NCBI RefSeq assembly: GCF_006345805.1
Contig: NC_043002.1
Span: 7,874,001-7,938,000, forward strand
Reading direction: 5' to 3'
Origin: Octopus sinensis
Taxonomy: Eukaryota
Length of the DNA stretch: 64,000 nt
Position numbers and translations under genes: made by a program. Below, in pieces: positions 55,749 through 64,000 of the stretch; position 1 is the stretch's first letter; each line of letters opens with the position of its first letter. Under the pieces are notes generated by a model. It was not told the origin of the DNA and did not search any database. It was given only the letters and a program-made list of their open reading frames with translations.

Positions 55749-56357
55749 CCGGCATTTCATAATGCCGTAAAAACTAATATAGGTAGAGAATTCTTTAAAT
55801 TATTCTGTAAACATTTTCAATCTAGTCATAAGTGCTATAGAATTTTTAATAGGAGAACACTGAAGGTTAGGTATTCTTGTTGTAAAAACTTTGCCTCTTT
55901 TATTAATCAGCATAACACTTGAAATATTACAAACAACCACAGTACCGAATCTAATCTGAGGAACTGCAATTTCAAAGGTAAAGCTTGTTGTCCGTTACAA
56001 CGTAAATGTCTTGAAAAAGGAATTGTTTATAGAGCTAAAGTGCAAAGAAATGGCTCACAAGAATATAAAACTTCATTCAAGACTCAGTTTTATTCCCACC
56101 GAAATTCTTTGCGAAACTCGGAGAATAGGACAGCAGCAAGTTTTGCAAAACATGTCTGGCAATTGATGGAGAATGACACCCGCCCTTTCAATATCAGCTG
56201 GACAATTTTGGAAAAAGTACCATCATAAAAACATGGAGCTTATAGACCTATGAAATGTAATCTTTGCCTCTCAGAAAAGTTCTTCATCCTATTCCAGGAC
56301 AAACGGGCATTGAACCAGAGACGCGAGCTCTTAAATTCCTGCAGGCACGAGGTTTAA
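55749..56357 (+). pseudogene. Penelope-like element RT thumb and GIY-YIG endonuclease (decayed)
   Basis: PAFHNAVKTNIGREFFKL..KHF..IFNRRTLKVRYSC; NCNFKG..CPLQRKCLEKGIVYRAKV; FKTQFYSHRNS; KHVWQL..SWTILEK..KCNLCLSEKFFIL..LNQRRELLNSCRH. Confidence 0.88.
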
Positions 56358-56634
56358 AATGTCAACCGAAAAAATACTGTATGGGTAAAATGTTTTGACT
56401 TTCGGAAAATTTTGACTTTCACATTTGAATTTAGCTTTACACCTTATATATAGTCATTTTTTGTTGTATTACAATACTAGTACATATTTCGACTTCAGAT
56501 TTTAAATTTTATATCCAACTTTTAAGAAAGCCTTCGACTGTTTCACAAATTTAAATTTAAGTTTCGCCGAGGTTTATTTTTACTCAATTTACTCACTTTT
56601 ATATATTCAAATTTTATAATTTAAATTTACATTC

Positions 56635-57050
56635 TTTTACTCTTTTATTTCTTTCAGACATTTGACTGCGGCCATGCTGGAGCACCGCCTTTAGTCGAAC
56701 AAATCGACCCCAGGACTTATTCTTTGTAAGCCTAGTACTTATTCTATCGGTCTTTTTACTAAGTTACGGGACGTAGACACGCCGCCATCAGTTGTCAAGC
56801 GATGGTAGAGGGATAAACACAGACACACACATACATAATACATACACACACAACACACACACACACACACATACATATATATATACGATGGGCTTCTTTC
56901 AGTTTCCGTCTACCAATTCCATTCACGGGGCTTAGGTCGGCCCGAGGCTATAGTAGAAGACATCTGCCTAAGGTGCCACCCAGTGGGACTGAGCCAGGAG
57001 CCATGCGGTGAGGAATCAAACTTCTTATCCCATAGCCACACATGTGCCTG
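56635..57050 (-). mobile_element. SINE family B, full length
   Basis: Reverse complement of the consensus. Confidence 0.88.
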
Positions 57051-57951
57051 TATAGATATTCGTAACAGGCGACATTGAACAAGGCAATTGCTCACCTCTT
57101 TCATTCACCTTTCAAGAAATTTATTGGAGGGTTTCGCTTTCCTCTTCACTTCCACATTCTCCCAAAAATCAACAATAAGGTAAGATGGAAAGGGGAGAGA
57201 TTTGAGGACAACAACAGCATTAGTGTCACTGTATTCTCTTGTAACCAGGAAATAGCAATCGGAGCACGCAGTGAAGAAATGCCTGGAGACCCTAACATAT
57301 TAATCCTATTACCGTATTAGAGGAAGTAGAAGACAAATTGGATAAGACCTCAGTGTTGGTATAATAGAAGGGTGAGTTAAAAGTGTATTTGCAGAGAGTG
57401 ATAGGCTGTTAGGGAGAAGGGGGTGAAGACGGTTTCAGTGGGACAAAATAGGAGAGAATAACGAAGGAAAGAGGAATGAATAATTTGAAGTTAACAGACA
57501 ATTGATTAAATGTAGAAGGTGAAAGAAACAGAGGTTAAATTTCTTCTCCATATATATATTATATATATAGTACAAAGTAAGATAGGGGTTATGAATGTAA
57601 CCCACTAATGGATATCAGTTACCCAAATTCTTAATACATAAATGCTTTTAATTGCAATGCAATAAACTTACTTATTGTATTAAACGGGTGAAGGTAAAAA
57701 AATATTTTTACCGTAAATTTATAATACAAATAAGAAAATGGAGAAACAAATTTGGTTTATTCATCGACTTATGGATATTATAATGTTAGAAAATAATCCA
57801 ACATTATAACATCCGTAAGTTGATGAACAAACTGAATTTGTTTCTCCATTTTCTTATTTGTATTATATATATATATACATATACATACGCAGACAGGCTC
57901 ACACAAGATGCATACATACACACACGCATATATGTACATGTGTGCGTATGT

Positions 57952-57997
<46 letters not shown>

Positions 57998-58004
57998 GAG
58001 GAGG

Positions 58005-58265
58005 AGGAGGTACCCCAAAATAACCAGAAACGCTCTCTGTGGGACAAGCCCGTTGTAGTTCAGGCTTCCGCCCCTAGAAGCTGCTCGATGCCACCCTCGG
58101 TTATGTGTCTGCCAACCGGCGGCCGAAGCAGTTGTCATGCTTCAAACAGCTTACAAAGAGTCTGCCAAAAGCAAAACATATGCTTACGAGTGGTTTCCAA
58201 GCTTTATGAATAGTCACTTGTCGCTTGGAGACGAACCTCGTTCAGAGCCGCTGTCGATTTCCGAC
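58005..58265 (+). mobile_element. Mariner 5' end and transposase HTH fragment
   Basis: GGTACCCCAAAATAACCAGAA TIR-like sequence; MLQTAYKESAKSKTYAYEWF..LGDEPRS. Confidence 0.7.
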
Positions 58266-60053
58266 CGCCGTTTTCCCCCCAACAGAAAACGGAAATTCAC
58301 GGAAGAACGCTGTTCCTTAGTTTCAGCCATCGGGAAAATCGACGAACAGGGGAGAAGCACTGCCAAACAATGACGTTACTGACTTTCACAGTTCGCTTCA
58401 CCCACCCGCAAGGGTACAACCTTGAATAAAACTGCATGAATAAATACTGCAACTGAAGCAACAGAATGCACGTAAATACCACACCGAGGGACATTCGGAC
58501 ACTTATGCAGAAGAAACACGTCTCAGAGTGAAACCTAACGTGAATGCAATGCGAATAATAAATATAATAATCAAGTTCTGAGGACGCATAGTTTTGCATT
58601 CTGTTTTTATCATGTCTTGAATATATGACTCTGTATGTTGTATTAAATCCAAAGAAACAAGTTCAGGATTCACTTGTCGAGTGGAGTGTCTTGTAGTTGT
58701 TTTCTTCAAACAGTTTTATGTGTTCCTTATTTGATGTGGTTATCCAGGTACTAGATTATATCAAAATACTGATAAGGTGCCTGCTCGGATTCCAAATTCC
58801 CCTCCTCATCCTCCTCATCCTCCCCTTCTTCTTCTTCTTCTTCTTTTTCTTCTTCTCCTTCTTTTTCTTCTTCTTCTTCTTCTCCTTCTTTTTCTTCTTC
58901 TTCTTCATATTATTATTATTATTATTATTATTGTTATTATACGACAGGTAGATTTGGCTGAGAGAAACTATCAACCAAACTCTTGTTTGGCCCGGCACTG
59001 TAGAAGAAGCCTCTTGCTCAATGCATTTTCATAACGAAGAAGAAACGCTATCGTCATTCCAAAATAGTCTGCCAGACTCCAACATACTGCTGCTGTCACA
59101 CCAATTTTCTTAAAGCATTTTGCGGTTTATAATTCTTAATTAATCAGAGTTAATTGGTTTAAATTGAGTATCAATTTGGAGATTGTCAAATTAGATTAGA
59201 TTAGACAAGATTAGTGTCAGCGATATGTGTTATGGAAGGTGGGAAAGAAACGTGACATCTTTTCAGTAAAGTCTGGTTTTAAACGCAAATCAAAAGGAAA
59301 AGGAACAAGAAGGGAGGAAAGAGTGTGAAGGGAAGGAGAAGAAAGAAATAGCAGTGAAGGAAAGACAGAGGAGGAAGAGGAGAAGAGATAGACAATAGAG
59401 CGGGAGATGAAGATATAGACAGTGCGGGAGGAAGAGGAGGAGGAGTAAAAGAATTAAATCTTGAAAGAGGCGAACCGACAAACAGTGTGGAAGGGGGGAG
59501 TAGAAGAAAAGTAGAAGAGAGAAAAATGTATGGTGGGGAGAGAAGAAGGCGGAGGAGGTAAAATGTATGAGGGGAGGTGGAGAAGGGACAGTATAGGAAG
59601 AGGCGGGCAGAGACAAAAACAGAAGAGGGAGAAAGTGAACGGGAAGTAGAACGGATATGAGAGGAAAAGGGAGAGGGAAGGAGGTAAAATTGATGAACGG
59701 ATGAGAGTGGCTTTGTGGAATAATGGAGATGTAAGACGATGGCTGCTTGACAATAATAACAGATTATTTGATAAGACAAATTAGCTTTAAGTCGAGAAGT
59801 ATTAAGAGACTCTCAACATGACTTGGACATCTCTCGAGTCAACAATGTCGAGGAACTCTGGAATTTCTGTTTGTATTTACACTTTTTTTTTATATTTCTT
59901 TGTCATGTATAGTTTTTCGTATCTATTTATTTACGCGTATCTATCTCTATATCTATTAATCTAAATCTATCCATCTATCTATAGGTATGCATGTATGTAT
60001 TATGTATGCATATATGTTTGTACGTATCTACCTATCTACCTCTCCATATAATT

Positions 60054-60087
<34 letters not shown>

Positions 60088-60089
<2 letters not shown>

Positions 60090-60452
60090 GCGTGGCACCT
60101 TGGGCAAGTGTCTTCTGCTGTAGCCTCGGGCCGACCAAAGCCTTGTGAGTGGATTTGGTAGACGGAAACTGAAAGAAGCCCGTCGTATATATGTATATAT
60201 ATATATATATTAATATGTGTGTGTGTGTGTGTGTGTGTTTGTGTGTCTGTGTTTGTCCCCCTAGCATTGCTTGACAACCGATGTTGGTGTGTTTATGTCC
60301 CCGTTACTTAGCGGTTCGGCAAAAGAGACCGATAGAATAAGTACTGGGCTTACAAAAGAATAAGTCCCGGGGTCGAGTTAAAGGCGGTGCTCCGGCATGG
60401 CCGCAGTCAAATGACTGAAACAAGTAAAAGAGTAAAAGAAAGTAAAAGAGTA
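60088..60452 (+). mobile_element. SINE family B, 5'-truncated
   Basis: Consensus body and GAGTAAAA tail. Confidence 0.88.
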
Positions 60453-60736
60453 ATAAATATATATATAATATATAAGTTTAACAATAAGGATAATCTCTTA
60501 ATAAGGGATCTTAACAAGAAATTATCGGGTGGGTAGCTAGCGTGAAAACCTCATAAAAGAAAAGAATCCGAAAATAATTTTTTTTTTTGAACAAATTAAT
60601 TATATCTATATTGTATAAAGGGCATTATTACACATAAATGCCTCACACTAGGAGGGACAAAGTCATTACTACCAAAAATTATACTAATCATACCCAAATG
60701 CAGTTTTTCAAAGCAAGACATTTAAAAATGAATTAT

Positions 60737-60792
60737 GTTCTGTATCACCGTGATTTCACATACAACTTGCGTCTAATGATCGTCAGCAGAAC
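60737..60792 (-). ncRNA. Type I hammerhead ribozyme (array 2, unit 1)
   Basis: Reverse complement identical to 61686-61741. Confidence 0.78.
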
Positions 60793-61217
60793 TGATTCTG
60801 AATACATCATAAATAAACCAACCTTATGTAGCGAAGACGAACAGACAACTGTTCACTCCGCCAAGCACATGGAATGTTTTTATAAATCATATCCGGTAAA
60901 TGGCGGGCTTTTTTACGAACTGCATGTCGGGTAATGAAAAGTATTTCGGAATAAGTTTAACAATTAAGGATAATCTCTTAATAAGGGATCTTAACAAGAA
61001 ATTATCGGGTAGCTAGCGTGAAAACCTCATAAAAGAAAAGAATCCGAAAATAATTTTTTTTTCTTTTGAACAAATTAATTATATCTATATTGTATAAAGG
61101 GCATTATTACACATAAATGCCTCACACTAGGAGGGACAAAGTCATTACAAACTACCAAAAATATACTAATCATACCCAAATGCAGTTTTTCAAAGCAGAC
61201 ATTTAAAAATGAATTAT

Positions 61218-61273
61218 GTTCTGTATCACCGTGATTTCACATACAACTTGCGTCTAATGATCGTCAGCAGAAC
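61218..61273 (-). ncRNA. Type I hammerhead ribozyme (array 2, unit 2)
   Basis: Reverse complement identical to 61686-61741. Confidence 0.78.
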
Positions 61274-61685
61274 TGATTCTGAATACATCATAAATAAACC
61301 AACCTTATGTAGCGAAGACGAACAGACAACTGTTCACTCCGGCCAAGCACATGGAATGTTTATAAATCATATATCCGGTAATGGCGGGTTTTTTTACGAA
61401 CTGCATGTCGGGTAATGAAAAGTATTTCGGAATAAGTTTAACAATTAAGGATAATCTCTTAATAAGGGATCTTAACAAGAAATTATCGGGTAGCTAGCGT
61501 GAAAACCTCATAAAAGAAAAGAATCCGAAAATAATTTTTTTTTCTTTTGAACAAATTAATTATATCTATATTGTATAAAGGGCATTATTACACATAAATG
61601 CCTCACACTAGGAGGGACAAAGTCATTACTACCAAAAATTATACTAATCATACCCAAATGATTATTTATGATGTATTCAGAATCA

Positions 61686-61741
61686 GTTCTGCTGACGATC
61701 ATTAGACGCAAGTTGTATGTGAAATCACGGTGATACAGAAC
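61686..61741 (+). ncRNA. Type I hammerhead ribozyme (array 2, inverted arm)
   Basis: GTTCTG-CTGACGA-TCATTAGAC GCAA GTTGTATGT-GAA-ATCAC G GTGAT-A^CAGAAC. Perfect 6-bp stem I, GNRA loop II, AUA triplet. Confidence 0.8.
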
Positions 61742-61863
61742 ATAATTCATTTTTAAATGTCTTGCTTTGAAAAACTGCATTTGGGTATGATTAGTATAAT
61801 TTTTGGTAGTAATGACTTTGTCCCTCCTAGTGTGAGGCATTTATGTGTAATAATGCCCTTTAT

Positions 61864-61931
<68 letters not shown>

Positions 61932-61937
61932 TAGAAT

Positions 61938-62049
<112 letters not shown>

Positions 62050-62051
62050 TA

Positions 62052-62195
62052 AGCGCAGGCGTTGCTGTGTGGTAAGAAGTTTGCTTCCGGGTTCAGTCCC
62101 ACTGCATGGCACCTTGGGTAAGTGTCTTCTACTGTAGCTTCGGACCGACCAAGACCTTGTGAGTGGATTTGAAAGTGGCTTTGATAGCCCGACGT
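62052..62195 (+). mobile_element. SINE family B 5' part
   Basis: gcgcaggcgttgctgtgtggtaag..ccttgggtaagtgtcttc. Confidence 0.8.
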
Positions 62196-62251
62196 GTATA
62201 TGTTATTTAAGACACACACATACACACACACATGCACGCACACATGCATAT

Positions 62252-62286
<35 letters not shown>

Positions 62287-62416
62287 GCATGTATGTATGT
62301 ATGTATGTATGTATGTATGTATGTATGTATGTATGTATGTATGTATGTATGTATGCATATATATATATATGTATATATGTATGTGTGCGTGCACGTGTGG
62401 GTGTGTATGTGTGTGT

Positions 62417-63120
62417 GTTAAGTAAAATGAGACAACAAAGCCAAGGCTATGTCGAATTTATAGGACATTTATAAAGAGAAAGGTAATCTTACAGCTGTTT
62501 CTGGGATGTTAGGGATATTTCTTCATTAGAGACGACGTGAGAGAGTTAACTAAAGGGAACTAGTAGAGTTTAATATAAGGAGTTATTTTGGAAAAGGATG
62601 GATATAGGAAGTATAAAGGGAAATATGAGAATAAAAATTAAAGTAAAACTGTATGTAGGATGCTACAGTTGCAGTTCCATTATCCAAGGAAATTGCCGTG
62701 TGGAATGCGTAGAACTGCACAAGACCACCACAAGACTCCTATCAATGAACAACACATAGAATTTATGTCTCCACACCATCCACTTGTAAAAACAAAATAT
62801 GAACTCCTATCGGAATCTACATACCATGAACAAGAAGCATTTCTACTCATTCTACACAGCACTTTCCTTGGATAACGGAACTGTAACATCCTACATATAG
62901 TTTTACTTTCATTTTTATTCTCTTAATTCCCTTTATACTTCCTTTTCCAAAATAACTCCTTATATTGAACTCTACCGTTTCCCTCCAGTTGACTCTCATA
63001 TCGTCTCTGATAAAGGGATATCCCTAATATCCCAGAAGCAGCTGTAAAAATACCTTTCTCTTTATAAATGTCCTGTATATTCCACACAGCCTTGGTTTTG
63101 TTGTGTCACCTTATTTAACA
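62417..63120. mobile_element. PLE 3' remnant with inverted pLTR-like arms (family G); HHR motifs at 62486-62534 (-) and 63002-63050 (+)
   Basis: 62417-62715 is the reverse complement of 62840-63120. Each arm has a singly or doubly mutated HHR core. Confidence 0.7.
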
Positions 63121-63260
63121 TATACAAGCTCACACAAGATACGCATTAGACTCCTCACTCGCATTATTATCGAACCGAGAGTCTAATTAACTGTCCTCCT
63201 GTAGCACTTTCATAGCCTCACCCGCCATCTTGGGTTTTCTGGATACAAATACTTCTCATT

Positions 63261-63288
<28 letters not shown>

Positions 63289-63291
<3 letters not shown>

Positions 63292-63520
63292 TAGAGATAA
63301 AATCACTATTATACAACTCAAACAGTGATAAACATAAACCAATACATAAATAACAAGTAATATATATAATAATTAATATTTTTTTCAAAAAGTATAAAAT
63401 GAATGATAAATATAATATACATTTTGAAAAAAAAAATTATTATATATATTACTTGTTATTTATGTATTGGTTTATGTCTATCACTGTTTGAGTTGCATAA
63501 TAGTGGTTTAATCTCTAATT
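63289..63520. repeat. AT-rich fold-back (~100-bp arms) next to (TA)n
   Basis: aattagagat..ttcaaaa versus ttttgaaa..atctctaatt. Confidence 0.88.
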
Positions 63521-63603
63521 TATATTTTATATATTTATATTGTGAAATTTGATTAAATACTAAATTGAATTTTTCCCTGTAAGTTTGGAGTTATACTCCC
63601 TAA

Positions 63604-63653
<50 letters not shown>

Positions 63654-64000
63654 TATTATATATATATATATTTGACAACATATGGAAGCGTCGAATATAT
63701 ATATAATTTACAGACAAGAAAGTACATTTCGAACGTAGTATAGCCGTAAAAACAGCAACAGTCGCCTGCGGATGGCTACGGAACTCGAACCCGTACCCCT
63801 TGAGTCCCGTAGCCGTCTACTAACAAGCCGTCTTATAAGGAACCAAACCGACCAAGACAGTGGTCAAGCAGAAAAAGGGTGAGTGATTGAAAGAACAGGA
63901 TAGTCAGGTGGTACTAATAAAGGGGAGAGAGAGCGCAGGAGAGGAAGCGGATAATGAAGGATAGAGAGAAAGGCAGAGAGCGGGGTAGCGGAAAGAGTGG

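Larger units (their letters stand above)
60473..61871. repeat. ~480-bp tandem repeat (2.5 units) with inverted arm, HHR-containing (retrozyme-like array 2)
   Basis: TAAGTTTAACAA at 60473, 60952 and 61433. Inversion at ~61660; 61662-61871 is the reverse complement. (TA)n flanks. Confidence 0.95.

Noticed and set aside
57075-57320. FHILPKIN resembling the PLE RT FYxLPKIHK motif
   Set aside because: The downstream RPI motif is absent; likely chance.
59700-59860. Possible PLE RT fragment (PEFLDI..SSSH) on the minus strand
   Set aside because: Only a few motif residues, with several stops.
60638-61840. Repeated ORFs MPHTRRDKVITTK.. within array 2
   Set aside because: Short, disrupted by indels between units, no recognisable domain, and antisense to the ribozyme strand.
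63760-63835. tRNA-like B box (GGTTCGAGTTCC) on the minus strand
   Set aside because: No cloverleaf. At most a SINE head fragment, like the other tRNA-like heads here, none of which are called as tRNA genes.

Overview
AT-rich, microsatellite-saturated eukaryotic non-coding DNA with one 100-N gap. The SINE families and repeat landscape point to a coleoid cephalopod, most likely Octopus (inference). No host protein-coding gene can be identified, and most ORFs in the supplied track are translations of (TA)n, (CA)n, (TATG)n or (ATCT)n repeats. The window contains: at least four tRNA-headed SINE families; Tc1/mariner remnants, including a DD37D/maT type; an 8-bp-TSD MITE family, one copy of which carries TTAGGG repeats; Helitron remnants, including a head-to-tail Helitron trio; R4/Dong, L1/Tx1 and CR1-like LINE fragments; and Penelope-like (PLE) GIY-YIG fragments. 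The most notable signal is a set of type I hammerhead ribozyme (HHR) motifs in at least five distinct repeat families. Two of these are non-coding tandem arrays (430-bp and ~480-bp units) with one near-canonical HHR per unit, built as head-to-head inverted arrays inside (TA)n tracts. They look like retrozyme (self-cleaving, circRNA-forming) elements sitting alongside the PLE remnants that could have mobilised them. All alignments, folds and coordinates were read by eye; ribozyme activity is predicted, not shown.
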